Part shown: one piece after another, positions 1-13,836 of the stretch
Numbering within the stretch: the first letter of the stretch is position 1
Layout: every line of letters starts with the position of its first letter
DNA from: Polyplosphaeria fusca
Taxonomy: Eukaryota
Direction of reading: 5' to 3'
Assembly (NCBI GenBank): GCA_010093805.1
Contig: ML996104.1
Location: 1 to 64,000 of the forward strand
DNA length: 64,000 nt
Position numbers and translations under genes: made by a program
Notes under the pieces: model-generated
The model's input: only the letters and a program-made list of their open reading frames with translations
The model's database searches: none
What the model was told of the DNA's origin: nothing

Positions 1-69
1 ACATGGGTTTTGGCACTGGCAAAAGCAAACACGGAAACGCTTCTGCTACACCTCAGCCTCAGCCTCACT

Positions 70-132
70 ATTGCCTAATTAGGCAATTGACGAGCTATCC
101 GGATAGTGGGGCTATGGATATCCATCCATAGC
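70..132. repeat. Cluster of three short inverted repeats
   Basis: Perfect 18-bp palindrome ATTGCCTAATTAGGCAAT (70-87), 12-bp palindrome CTATCCGGATAG (95-106) and a 9-bp-stem hairpin GCTATGGAT-ATCC-ATCCATAGC (111-132). Confidence 0.8.
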
Positions 133-1349
133 GTCCGCTGGTACTGACTGGATGATGTAAATATCAACGATGTCAAAGAAGTGACCGATGAAGGACCCGA
201 TGCGGAGGTGTGGATGAAATGATGGGAGGACATTGTTCCAGCCAGAGAGTTGAGGAACGGACCTGCTAATTGCGCAGGTATTGTGAAGAGGTGCACTAAG
301 CGTTCCGTATTCGACGCCGAAGCCCACGCCTTTGAAGGCAATGACATAGCGTACGAACGATACGTGGCGGTCGAGATAGAAGCCCCCAAGCCGCCATCAG
401 ACCTGATGATCAGAGACTCGAATTATATTGCGGCGCGAAACCCAGGTACCATGATTGCAGAGATCATACTCTTTACAGCTCGACTTAGTACACCGCATCT
501 TGCACGTACTGCAGAGTACTCGCCTCGGCTTCGAGTTCTCTCTAAAACGCCGAAGCGGCTGTTCAAGGTTGCCTCGAGGGGAGCAGGAACACATCGTGGA
601 GTCGAGGGCATGAAAAATGCTATATCGAAAATTGTCACAAACCGGAATTTCAGAAGATGCATCCTGAAAGGTGCGCCGTAGTGGAATGGGGAAGTAGGGA
701 TGTATTCTATTCTCGTGTCCACATATGTTGGTTGGTCGAGAAAGACGGCTTTCGGCACGGCACGGAAGGCGGGGGAGTGGATGGCATGTCGGGCCGAGTC
801 GGCGCGAGTCATTTGACGCAATGTCGATCCGAACGAAATCCCCTTTGCCCGACGGAAGCCCTTTTACTTCCTTTAGAACTTGGAGCTCTCTACCCTTGTA
901 CGAAAATATGCATCGATTCTCTAGCAGCATACAAACGATGCCTTACGCCGGCATGAGCATCGTCTCTTCTGGGAAGACTGCATGAGGCTGAGAACGAGGC
1001 AATTGGTGAGGCGGCCGGTGAAACGTGAGCCGGTGTGACGAAGCTGGCCGAGTGTGGCTAAACCTACTTTGAACATATCTCCCAGGGACCTTCATCTTGT
1101 CATTTGCTCTGCTCCAATCGCATTTGCTTATTCACTCGTAAATTTCCTGCGAGTAGGCATGCACCTGGGGCCGCGACCTCCTGTATGACAAACAAAGTCG
1201 TGGCTCTTTCTGGTTGGATGCGCACGTGTAGCCTCTTCATTCTCTGCCTTGGGAACATTGTACACGTCCTTCCTGCCCCTTCGCATGCTGTATCTGCCTT
1301 TTCTGTGCCAAGTCGCAGCAAAAGAGCTGAAGGATCAGATGAATACACC

Positions 1350-3776
1350 ATGTTCGTTAGCGAAAATCGCGCCATTGTCGGGAGATGGGAGGACCACAGT
1401 ACAGGAAGTATGTGAATCTTCTTCTTCTTAACCATGGCTGCCTTCGTCTGGATAATCATTGATTTGCACGTAGGGATTTCTTTGCTAGTCCCAGCCGTTT
1501 GGGGCTACGTCATCATAGCTTGGGCGGGTGTATGGCTGAGTCTATCAATCAAGTACCTCAAGAAGATATTGGGGAACATCTTTCTCGCGGTGCATCTTAA
1601 ATCGAACATACCCTCATACGAGTCAACAAATCGTACTGCAGCAACTGAGACGACTCCACTGAATCCAGAAGCGAGGAATGCCGCAATCAGAAAGGCGGAA
1701 CCTTTGGCGAAAGTCTACAAGGACACCGATGGGGTACGTGACCTTTGGTGGGAATGGTTCCAGAATAAAGACCTCACTTGGGGTTTCTGGCTATGCTTGT
1801 CCATCGCCAACATTTCGATAACTCTGGCTTCTCTTGGAGTCATTGTGGGAGGGATTTACTCAGCCGAGCTTAGAACGACTGGTCCGGCGAAGCTAGCATC
1901 CCAAGAGTGTGGGCTGTGGTTGTTTGATCGAGACCAGGCTGGCGATGAAGCAGCGACTCGTGCAGGTATTATTGATCTTGGGAAAGAAACAAGAGCAGCA
2001 GAATATGCAGCAAATTGCTACGGGGAATTGTCAGCCTTTGACGCTGCCCGTTGTGACTTCTTCTACAATCGAAGGTACGTGGAGGTTTAGTGAAAAGCTC
2101 AAAGCTCCAATCTCTGTCTCTTTGATTCAATGTAAAGTGCTGGAAGGCCATTCCGCTAAGAAAATCATGAAGTGACCCACTTCAACGGTAGCAATCCTGT
2201 AACTGCAGGCATCCGCTGACTTTCGTTCAGACTGTCCTTCAGTTCTCCACACTACACCAATGACTGTCCTTTTGCAAACCAAATCTGTCGACAAAATCAA
2301 ACCGTTGCTTTTGACACTGCAATTACTGATGCTAATAAAATTGGCATCAATAGCAAAATTGCGCCAAAGTTTCGACGCAACACCAAATGCACGCCACTCA
2401 GTATGGAATACCCATACATACAGAACAAGACTGAGAACGGAACCACAACATATTATTACTACTATGGTGAAAAGCCAGGGAAGGACTCTGGCACAAATTT
2501 CACCTACGTAACGGAAGGAGATCCATGGGACCGCCTTGCTCCTGTGTACGATGTCTTGTTAGTACCAACCTCAAGTCTCACCAAGGATTCACTAAGCGAA
2601 CCCTCTAGTACATATGTTTCGGAATCCGAAGACGAGAGCAGTCCTCACTGGATACCACACCCCGATCTTACACATTCTAGATATAGCACTGTAACAATCC
2701 TCTTTGTGTCTTCTTTACGCATACTATATAAACAGAGAAGCGAAGATCCTATCTTCCCAGCCGACTTGCCAGTATATCTTCCAGGTTACAAGATGCCGTG
2801 GTTTCGCAACTCGGACCCACGGGCTCGCCCTCTTGCGTGCATCAACAGTATCGACGTATGCTTAGCAAATGGCACCTGTAGACCTTATCGAGCTCCAGAC
2901 GACGTCGATCCAGTGTTCAGTATGTCACCCGAACTCGCTCTTCTGTACACATCCCTCTACAAAACGGATATATTTGATTCGATTGCAAAACGCCTGGGGC
3001 GAGGTCTTTTAGCACAGCAATTGGTGTCTGAATATTTCTCAGAGGGATTATCTGATGGCAGTGGCAGAGACGATTCCCAGTGGGTGAAAGAGGTTGGAAA
3101 TCTCGTCGCAACCTCACATGCACGGACTCAAATCAACGCATGGAGCGTCGCAAGTGGGGAGGATTCCGTGCATGAGGGGAAGGATGGGTACACATCCGTC
3201 ACTGAAGGATACGGTAATCTTTGCGAAATGTTCAAGTTCAACCCACAAGGTTATGCCAGTATTCACTTTGCGGCGTTCGTCATCATTTGGATCTCGACCC
3301 CCATCGTCTGGATCCTCAGTTGGGATTGGCATCCAATCAAAACCAAGTTGAAACAGGGAGTCAACATGGCCGAAGACATGTCTTCCTATGTCCTCACCAA
3401 ACTCAGAGCTTGGAGTACAAGGAGGAGACAAGGCACAGAGCAGCCTGCAACATTACGCTCAAGTGGAAGTGGCCCCAACACAATACCAACTAGTCCGACA
3501 GATCGAGGTTTGGCGGCTGAGACAACTCAATCTGGCGAAACCAACAGTACACCTGCAGAAGAAATGGTTGAGCCTCCTCAGGCTGAATCTTCTTCAGCGG
3601 GGGCGGTCAGGTCAAGGTCCACTCCAGCTGTACGGCACCCTTCTGAGCGTGGATCCACGGTAGCAGATGAGGAGAATGAAGGGTCAGTCACCTTGGACAG
3701 CCCCTATACAATATGGGAACCTGTTCTAATAACGGCTCCATTGAAGTTTTGGATGCGGAGTCTTTATCGGCGCTAG
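1350..3776 (+). CDS. Hypothetical multi-pass membrane protein (ascomycete-type, Cys-containing luminal region, disordered C-terminus)
   Basis: ATG at 1350 (MFVSENRAIVGRWEDHSTG). GT-AG introns at ~1408-1473, ~2074-2230 and ~2559-2609 join ORFs 1434-2090 and 2403-3776 in frame. Hydrophobic segments near the N-terminus and near SIHFAAFVIIWISTPIVWILSW. Motifs YAANCY, DCPF..QIC, IGINS...FRR..CTPL. Confidence 0.75.
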
Positions 3777-4215
3777 GCAGGGCGTTGTCTTGCACATGTC
3801 TCCGTCGAAGCACGTAGCGTTAATCTTCGTCTACAGTAGACTTAACAATATATGACTTGGTTTAAAGGTAGTGGTGCTTGAGGCTCCTAATAACTCCATT
3901 GATTGGCTGGATTTAGGTATGGCGGGAGACCGGTTTCATTGGTAGATGGAATGTGCAGCTGACCCGCACGACATGGGGGCTCGATCGACGTGACAAGGCG
4001 GATTGGCTGGCCTTGCCATCTCTGCATGTATCTGCAGATACGACATTTCATGTCCCTCGAACCACGTTTGTGTGCGGGCGCGGAGCCTTGCGGTCAGCTA
4101 GATCCATCACTGCACATGATGAGCGGGCCACTCTTCTTTTAGAGGCAGCGTCGCATCTCTCTTACGTGTCACAGCGTGAATTTGCATTCCAATTTTCTAG
4201 TGATCCAGTGACTCT

Positions 4216-4844
4216 ATGTCGGACATATGGACCTTGTATCCGGCCATCGGAGATCACGTTCGCTATGTCGATGATACGCATAGCGGTGTACGTACGTATG
4301 AGTGGGCTCGCCAGACATATTCGAATCAGGGCGAAGAGGTGGCATCAAAGTGGAACTGGAGCGAAGACTTCAAGGACTACTATACAACTCAAGAAGATAA
4401 ATATGGAGGGAGAATTCGATATCAATGGGCTCGACAACTTCTGAGTACTGATTATCAGCCCGATCCGCACAGGTGGATATGGAAGCCAGAACAACGCGAC
4501 TATTATCGAGTTGTTCCTCCAGAATTATTCTTCAAGGAAAGATTCCAGATTGAATGGGGTCGTCAGCAGCTCCCTGTTTTGGAGAGGTATTACTTCCTTC
4601 CTTCCTCGAAATTTCGCACTTGCGCTGAGCCTCTGCTTCCAGTGCGGATTTCTTTAGCCAAGGTTCTTTCGGCCACCCATTGTCAAGTGTTCCTACGCCG
4701 CCATGCTCGTATCACAGACGAACCAATACCTGGTCTGTATCACAGGGGCTAGGAGACAACCTCCGCCACCACGGAGACCAAGACCACAATTCCGATGAAA
4801 AGACTGGCGACAACGTCGGTAACCATCGCAGACTGCTGATATGA
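4216..4844 (+). CDS. Hypothetical protein with three Trp-rich (WW-like) repeats
   Basis: ATG at 4216. Three repeats end in WARQ/WARQ/WGRQ. A putative intron at ~4588-4642 (GTATTA...CTGAG...CAG) gives an in-frame second exon ending at TGA 4842-4844. Confidence 0.55.
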
Positions 4845-6961
4845 TAATCCCATGTCAGCGAAGCTCTTCGGTCAGGTTTTGAAGAGCCTCAGGCGCACCA
4901 CGTTTGGTTTGCCTTGTCTGCCTTGACCATATATGCATGTGCATATGCGAAGCTACGTGTCTCGCTCCGAGAGTAGTATGCATACGCGAATGCATCGGCC
5001 ACCGGTCAACAAGACATTCCACGGCATCAGCACGACGCCCCTCTTTTTTATCTAGATCATGTTTTCTCTGTCCATTGTTCAAGAAAGCATCTCGTGAACT
5101 GATCCGTTCATATCCGCTTCTCTCCACGCAAAGCCGAACAATTGTTATCGGCACCGCTGATAATTGGTCGACAAATCCCAACTGCAACATCTACTTCTAT
5201 CATGCTGCCGACCATGGGAAGAAGTAGCTGCGGCAATAAATATCGAACCCAAGTACACAAGAGGCATACAAACGAGAGGCATACCCAGCAAAGGCATCCA
5301 CGCGAGAGGGCTTAGGAGACAATCTGCGACACCACAGCGACCACGATCACAAAGGAGACATGGGAAACGGAGATAGGGTTGGGAGTCATTGTGAAAAACG
5401 ACGTTAAAGTTGGACAGAGTAGGGGTAGTACGCGACCTGTTGGCAAGGTTACCAAGTAATTACCATGACCGAAGTGAATACCGAGAGAACGGTACCAAGG
5501 AAGCGGTAGCAAATGCGGAGAACGAGTGCTTGAGTGACGATTGGGAAGAGAAATGAAGAAAGAAGCTGCAATTTCTACATATGCGCGGAGGAAACATCCC
5601 CACGCGCAAGCCGCAAAACCAGCAAAGGAGGGACGAAAAAACACATCAAGTACGAACACTGTAAATCCTGCTGTAGTCATCAACACAACGCAGCAAGCAG
5701 CGTACTTACTTCGAAACACCCATTCGAGAAAATCAACAGGAAAGCTCAATCAACGCGCCTCCACGATAGTGTGGGTCACACATGGGAAAGAGCACAGTCC
5801 AGAACAGAGCTTCCAGCCGGCAACTCAAGCAGGCAAAGGCACATTAGCCTCTCTGACCTAGGCCCTCAAGGACGCCAGAAGAAATCCCAACACAGTACAC
5901 TAGAGCACGCACGAAACTAGTAGAGAATAACATGTTTCCGTAAAGAAACTTGCCGAGTACCAACTCCCAGCATAAGGAGACTGCCGTGGTCCAGCTCCCT
6001 TTGTGGTCGAGGAGTCTGAGGAGGGTTTGAGAGTGGGGATGACGGGCACGGAACTTTGCGGTTCGAGTTTCGGAAAGGTGCTAGAGTAAATCAAGGTTAG
6101 CGGGGCTATAAAGCTTCTGCGGGGCCTTTGTGGTTGAAAGTGTGAAAAGGAATTTGTGAAGGGTAGAGTATGGGGGCATGTCAGTCGGGAGGCGGAAGGA
6201 GGCGGGCCCAGAGGAAGGATGAACGCCTGCGCTGCTGTTGGATAGCAAGCTCTCATCTCATCAAACCTCACCTAGCAAAACCATCTCAGAGTATATGAAC
6301 ACCCTGCATCCATCTTATCTGGCCTATGGCATAGAATCAACAGTTGCGTGGACTGGCTGGTAGCGCGGTAACGGTCCCAGAACACGTTCACAAAACAGCC
6401 AAAGCCACAGACTGGAGGAGTTGTAATCTCGATTCGGACTAAAAGAGAAAAGATGGCGCAACACAAGCTAGCTATACGCACTGCTGTCCGCGCAACAGCA
6501 GCAACAACGACCGTGGCCACCCATTGCAAGTCTTAAACACGAATGCGCACGACCAAAAAAATGGGCCGCAGCCCCGCCAGACATTGACCATCTTGCAGAA
6601 AGACATATTTCGCACCTCACCAGCCATGGCCCTAGAAACCAAACACAATCGTAGTCCATTTGTACGCCAAATGTAAGAATGAACAAGCCCGTGTGTATTT
6701 AAATGTAAAAATGTAGTGGTGCTCCAGTACGCCAGTCGCTCAATGTCGAGCCGACCTGCATATGTCGTAACGGTATCGAACGTAGATCGAATAAAGCCGC
6801 CGGGGCAGTGATGTTACAAGTCCGCATAGTGGACGCCAAATATGGATAAGAGGTCCTTTTGTTGAGAACCAGGGATGCAAAGCAAGCAGGTGGTATCGTG
6901 GTGATTAGGTAGGTTCGTAGACGTCGTTGAGAATGATAGGATGGGTATGTTGATTATAACG

Positions 6962-9900
6962 CTATGCGGACACAATTCCGGATCCCGCTTCGTCTTTATA
7001 CTGTTGAAGCTCCTTTAATGATGACTGGAGCTCGGCAAGTATGTCTGTCATGGGGCAGGCTTGCGTTAGGAGTGGGCTTGAACCGAACGGCCTGACCATG
7101 TGTCGCAGCGCAAGGGTGGTTGCACACGTTTCGATTCTCGAAATTTGGTGCTCCACGAAGTTGATCAAGAATCGATCGGTGATTTCGCCGCCTCGGTTCT
7201 TCATCCTCTCGAGCAAAGCAGTCTCTGGCGGTTTAAGCTCCACGTTGCCCGGGCTTTCGAGAGTACTGCAAAGCATCTCCAAGCGCAGACTGACGTTCCA
7301 GAGATCCCAAACATTCTCGGTGTCGATTGTGAGCTCGCTTCCGGCCATCTTCTGCCCAGCTTGACCAGCCTGTTGAGGTTGTGGCTGGTTAGCCTCGAGT
7401 TGTCGCTGGACACTAAGACGGCTAGCCAAGGAATGCGGATACATGAGGTAAATGTACTCGGGATTTTCGAGGCCCTTCAGGCGACGTTCGCCGAGATCTT
7501 TAACCTCAAAGCCTTGACTGCTGAGTGAGCGGAGCTCTTGTCTGATGGACTGACTCATGAAATCATCGTTGAGTTGCTCTTCAGACCCCGTCGAATTGCT
7601 GCGGTCGCCTTCGTAGTGCGTCTCCAGGAGTCGCTGGATCTCGGCGATGAAGTCAGAGGACACAGTGATCTGCCCACCATCGGCGACAGAAGAGATACGC
7701 GACGCCCGATTCACCATTGGCCCGAAGTAGTCCATGCGTTTGGTGACAGGGTCGACCTCGCAAACAGGACTGCCCCAGTGAATGCCCATGCGAACGGAAA
7801 GACCTCGGAAGATGACGTTGCCGTCAGGGTCGACCACTTCTTGACCATTGACACTATTCAAGATCTCTTGTGGCCACTGAACCTCGAGGAGTTGGCTCTG
7901 GATTGTGAAACACCAAAGTAGAGCTGATGTAACAGTGGGGAAGGCTACCATGAAGGCATCTCCTTCTGTTTTGACCTCGTAGCCACCGATGATTCGTAAT
8001 TGTCGGCGCATCAACTCATTGTGCAACCTGATAGCGGACCTCATGGCGATCGGGTACGTTTCCCATAGTATTGTTGAGTTCTTGATATCTGTAAACACCA
8101 AGCTGACTTCTCCCATAGGCGCATCCACTTCATTGTCGAGGCGCGCGAGCTTGGAGTCACCAATCATGTTGCGGGCTCGTTTGCCTATTCTGCGACTGGA
8201 GAAGAAATCGTCCGGTGACCCAGATGGACCCATTGACATGCTGTGTGTTCGGAAGCGGGCACGTTGTTTGCTCTTGAGATCGCTGACTCCGAGGAGCATG
8301 ACCATGATCTTGTTGGTCGCGCCAAACGCTATAGCCAAGTCGCGAAGCTTTTGCGCCGCCCGCATCAAGTCATTACGTTCTGAACGGGCAACGTCGACAG
8401 CAAAATCGGGTGTGAGGTATTCCCAAAGTTCGCGAGACGCAATCAGAATCATCTCGTCGGTATCGCTGAGAGTAAAGTTCATAATGTGCGGCGAAGCGAT
8501 GACCGATGGGGACATGTGTACATAGCCAAATGCTCGCGACACCTCCAGCACGTCATTCAACTTGCCCTGTCTGGAGACGAAGCCGCCGGCTTCTCGAATT
8601 CTGGCTCTTTCGCTCGTTTCAGCAGGGTCGTGTTTTCTCGTGAGAACCTTGTGGCCGCCTTCGGATCGAATGAGGAGCGCCTGTGCGTCACCAACGTTGG
8701 AAATGTAGAGTTCCATCTCTTTGAGATATAGTACGGTGGCGACACTGCCAGAGTACAAATCGTCGTCGCCAAGGCTAGGTAGGGAGGCTCGGTGCTGCAA
8801 GGGAGCCATAAGGTTCTTGTCCAGAGATTGCGTTGCCGCAGTAGCCAACTCTTTGTTCAGGCCAAGATAAGTGCGACGGAGAGCGTCTACTGGGCTTTCT
8901 TGCGGTCGAAGACGCTCTAGCTCCTCAGCAAAGCGATTCTTGAAGTTGTCATACAGATACTTGGCAATCTTTGAACCACCACCAGCCAGAGGCTGGCCAT
9001 CGAAGAGACCCAAGATCTGTTCGTCATCGTGGCTGCGGAAGCGAGGTATAACCATGTCCATGGTTGAGACGTGCTCGTTGCGACCCAGGCTGTCAGCCAT
9101 GCCGTACGCCATGGTTCCAACAGCCGAGCCGGAGGTTCGCACTCGTCTATCTTCCGTCTGTTCGGGCACGGAAGGAACCATCATAGTGACATCCATCAAC
9201 CCCAACACTCTCAGATTGATGAGGGACGTGAAGTCAGTAAGATCACGGCCCTCACGCATGGCGGCTCCCCCTCCACTGTATGGACCCGTAGGTTTGATCT
9301 CAAGTCGCTTGTTGCCAGACAAACTCAGATACTTCAAATTGTGGTTCCAGTTCCAATTCCAATCATATGGCCAATTGGAGACATTGTATTTCAAGGAGTT
9401 GCTCGCCACGTCAAGAATGGCGAGCTTCTGGACCTTGCCGAGCTCGGCAGGAAGGACCTGGAATTTGTTCCCGTTGATGTGCAGCACCTTGAGTGAGCTG
9501 ACTTCTTCTAGATCCTCTGCGGGAAGAGATGTAAGATCATTGCCAGAAAGGTAGAGTTCGGCAAGGTGCTGCCATCGCCGGATGGTGCGAGGTTGGATGT
9601 CGTAGATAAGATTGTAGGACAGGTTGACAATTCTGAGCTCAGGCAGTAAAGCGAGCTCGTCTAGTACATCGTCACCAAGTCGGTTATCAGCCAAGAAGAG
9701 GTGTCTGAGTGAGCCGGCAAATGTCGTGTGATACCGACTAGACAAACTGGAATCTTTGCGGGAAATGGGGGTTACGGCTCCTTCCGTGGGGGTGCGGGAA
9801 TTGAGCGACGGGTTTCGCGCTGTTGCGGCAGTCGTAGTGCTTCCAGAACCATATGATGTCATGGAGCCCTTCCGCTGGGATGTGGAGGAAGACGCAGTCG

Positions 9901-12900
9901 AACTCAAATAACCAGCCGATGCTTGGCTGGGGCGACGGTTTGCAAAATCTTCGAGCTTGCCGAGTTCTTCAAAGCTAGGACTTGACCCAAGGCCTGGCGT
10001 CGACAGTGGGGTTGGCCCATCAAGGTTTGAAGCATCTCCATTGAGTATATTAGGAGGCGGCGCGCTCGGTTTGGGAAAGGCGTCCAAGATATTCGAAGAG
10101 ACGTTCAACGTTTCTAGTCGCCGTGCGTACCAGATGTCTTGTGGAAGTCGCCCCAAATTGTTCTCGCGCACGTCCAGGTATCGCAATTCCGCGAGTCGTC
10201 CAATCTCGGGAGGCAGGTCATCGAGGTAGTTGCGGGCTACACTGAGATGTTCCAGCCTGTAAAGCTTACCGATATTCGACGAGAGAGAGGAGAAGTGATT
10301 CTTGTCGAGGATGAGTTTAGTCAGACCTGAAACCTTTTGGAATAGATCCTCGGGAAGTTGAGCTAGGTTTGCTGATGCAAGGTTGAGGATTGTCAAACTG
10401 GGGACGGGTGCGCTTAGGCCGAATCGCGTTATCGGGTTGTGATTCATTTGCAGGACCCGGATCTTGGAGAAAGAGCCTTCGAATGCAGAGATAGAGTTGT
10501 GGCCTATCATTAAGAATTCCAGGCGAGGTAATTGTGACATCACGTCCATGTTGGTAAGAGCGTTGAATCGCACATCGATTTCTCTCAGGTTGACCAGGTT
10601 GCTGAGCTCAGGAGAGAAGGCGCCGGATATTCTGTTATTGGTCGCCCAAAGTCTTTCAAGGCAAATGAGCTGACCAATCTTTGGAATGTTGGTGATTGAG
10701 TTGAAGCTGATGTCCAGGTCCACGAGTGTACGAATGTCGCACAGGAAACCTGGGAACTCATGAAGAGAATTGGAGCTCAGATTCAAGCTCCTAAGCGCAC
10801 TGTACTTCCCAAAGTACGCTGGAAGCTGTGTTAAGTGGTTATTTGACAGCCTTAGCCCTTGCAGACTTTGGAGTTTGTGCAAATCGGCATTTTCCAACTG
10901 CTGCAGGCGATTGTTTGAAATATCTAGCATGGTCAAGCGGCTTGCAAGACTCAGACTCGGGGGCAAACGTCGGGCTTCGTTGCTCGTATACTTTATCTCC
11001 CGCAGGTTGGTGCATGCCTGGATGAAGTCCTTGGGTACGTCAAGAGAGAGATTGCGGGAGAGGTTCAGAGATATGATCTCAGTCGCCTTTTGATACAGCG
11101 TGATCGGAATGGTGATGAGGTTCTTTCCCTGAAGATCGATGTGACTAAATTTCTGCATCTTGCTGAAGCCGGGATCTTTCTCTAGACTGGAATATCCAGC
11201 CATCTTTGCGGGGATAAAGGTGAAGCGACAGAGGTAACTGTTGTCTTCCCGGCCCACTTCCTCGAGGCGATCTGCATCGTTGTAGCCAGCTTGCTCCAGT
11301 AAGCGTTTCTGTATTAACAGCGGCCGTTCTTGGGCGTCCAGCTGGCGCGACGTGTCGTGCTTCCGCATGACGATGTGGTAATTATCCAACTCGTCCTGTA
11401 GCAGGGTTTTCTTGCCCAATATTTGAATGATCTCCGAAACATTTGTGTTCAAGGTTGCAGAAAGCGTAGCGAATGTCGAATCGACGCGGAAAATGCGAAC
11501 ACAAAAGGTTTTTGAAAAGTCCTCCTCCTTTGCGGGTGTGTCGTCAAACTCGCCATATCTAGCAACACTTTCATCCCCGATTCGTTTCACTGCCCAGGAA
11601 TCAGGGGCGTCCCAATTAGGTGTGTTGTCTGGGTCCTTGGGATCTGATTCTACCTCCTCGCCGGGCCATGCCGAGGGCAAGTCCCCTGTGGGTGGGGTCA
11701 TTGGCGGTTGCTGCGGATTCACGATGCCCTCCATGTGATTAAGGTCGGTGTCAAGGTTCCACAAGGCCTCATTCGTCACAGCATCTGTTTTCGCTTCGTT
11801 CGGATCCTTTCCGCGTGGCTGTTCGTAGGATCCACCACCACGTTTCTTGAACGGTAAGCGATGATCCTTCTTCCCCTCCTTGCCGGCACGATCCCCCTTG
11901 TCCCTGGAACCATCCATTTTCTTCTTGTCTTTATGACTACCTGGCGAAGGCTCTGCTCGAGGGAATGAACTCTTTGCTGATTTGAGTGGCTGTTGAAGAG
12001 AGACGGTAGACGCTGGCAATTCTCGAAGAGACTCGGGTGCAGACTTATCAGGCTTGTCCTTGCGTTTGAAGCGATCGAGAATGGAGCGCGGCTTGCTTGT
12101 GCTCGGTGACCGCTGCGACGAAAAGTCTCTAGACATTTCACTAAATGCGCTGGGTGTAGGACTCGATGGCCGCGGCGCAAGGTTGGTCTTGGATCCAAAT
12201 GCTGCGCTGAGCGCCGAGGGATAGCCTTGAGTGGTGCGCACACTAAAGTTGGAATCTTCCCGGCTTGTCACTGGTCGAAGAGGGTAGGGATGGCTGATTT
12301 CTGCGCGGCCATCTGCTGAATGGTTCTCCTCTTTACTACGATTATGTCGATGGCCCGGCAGCCGCAACTTGTGCGACTTGCCGGATTTCTGCGAGTGCTG
12401 CTCAGACCCAGGACGGCAATTCTCAGCCTGTGAGGGCGAGTCCTGTTGTGGAAAGAGTTAGTGATGTCTCCCAAGACGGAAGGACTTCTCTTGATCGGCA
12501 GGTGGGTGCTACAAAGGAAAGCGCGGCAGGCCGGAAAAGGAAGAGACGAACAGCTGGCAGAACGCAAAGAGGGTTCAGCTTGCCATATCCATTCTAACTT
12601 CTCCCATACCTCAGCACTACAACATGACCGGCGCCCACTCCTGGATATTCTGGAGAACAAATAGCTCAGCACTCACCTTGAAGTCTTGAAACTCCCATGG
12701 CGTAACTTCCGAGGAAGGGAGTGGTGTTCGGGGACGAGATCCAACCGGTGAGCCGGGTCGACTGTTCAGACTGCTCCCAAGGGTGTTATTGACAGAGTTT
12801 GTGCGGCCTCGAGGAGGGCGTTGCGATTGCGTTTCTGAGTTAAACGGGGTTGGCAAGCTTGTGTCAGAGTTCTGCCGTGAGTCACCAGGAAACTCCTCCC

Positions 12901-13836
12901 CGAAGAAACCCTGCAACTTCTTGTGGAATCCTCGACTCGTACTCGACTTGGAGCCAGAGCTGCTGACGGTAGTTGCACTCGCCACGGACGGTCGTCGGTC
13001 ATCTGCAGGGAATCCCATGGCATCCTCCTTTCCACTGCCTGGGCGAACAAAACCCGGGGAGAGCTGAGCAATGTTCTCATCCGAATCGTTGTAGAAGCTG
13101 CCGAAGACGCTTGTCGGCATCACGGCACCGTTGGTTCCGCCAGCGCTCCAGGATGGCGGCGTAGGCGAAGTAGCGGTGGGTGGATTCCGCGAAATGGATG
13201 GTATTCTGCCTCCTGAGGTCTCCAATACGGCGAGCTCCTTGCGATGGTCCCAATTCGGTCGCTGGCTGCCCCAGTCTGAATTCTTTCTGGGCATATGGGC
13301 AGGGTCCTTTGGTGGAGGCATGGGGGGGATGGTCCCTGGGGAGATTTCGGACTCCTTTTCAATCCTGCCGCTGCTGTTAGTCGTGTTCATCTAGCGACCG
13401 TGGACATGTCTGGTGTGAGGCACGCTTGGAGACGAGGCTGGCGCATTGATCACGCCCACTTCCCGGACGTGGTCGAGCGCGAGCTCGGACATGAGCTTGG
13501 ATACGAGCACCAGCGAGATGTCGATGGCACCGACGTGGCAGCGCGAGTCTATGACGGCCCTGCAGAATCGCTCTACAAAGCACAAAACTGCCAGCTCGGC
13601 TCACAGCCGGCTCGGTCACAAAGTGCACAGCAACCACAGGCGTAGACGCAGCTCAAATGACATGGGATAGAAGAGGGTACGCACAGGTTGTTCTCCCTGA
13701 CCGTCTTGACGGACACGGGGGTTCCTCGCGAAGTCGAGTTACGGGCGGCGAAGGGTCCCCTCACCGTGTCGGTCGATCTCCAGCTCTCAGAGCTCTCGGT
13801 GGAAGCATGGCGGGCAGCATTCTCCCGGCGCGTCAT
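6962..13836 (-). CDS. CYR1: Adenylate cyclase (class III; Ras-association, LRR, PP2C-like and catalytic domains)
   Basis: Exons 13836-13685, 13364-12677 and 12442-6962 total 6321 nt, in frame. Extensive LRRs, a PP2C-like region (LYISNVGDAQA), and cyclase motifs VFTDIKNST, EVKTEGDAFMVAF and MDYFGPMVNRASR. Confidence 0.97.

Noticed and set aside
75..985. Several overlapping short ORFs and minus-strand splice-like signals
   Set aside because: I could not assemble a consistent reading frame or recognise any motif.
5365..5385. TAGGGTT as a possible telomerase RNA template or telomeric remnant
   Set aside because: It does not contain the expected TAACCCTAA template or tandem TTAGGG repeats.
7041..11738. 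Plus-strand ORFs opposite adenylate cyclase (e.g. 7989-8525, 8871-9554)
   Set aside because: Antisense shadow ORFs of a long conserved CDS.
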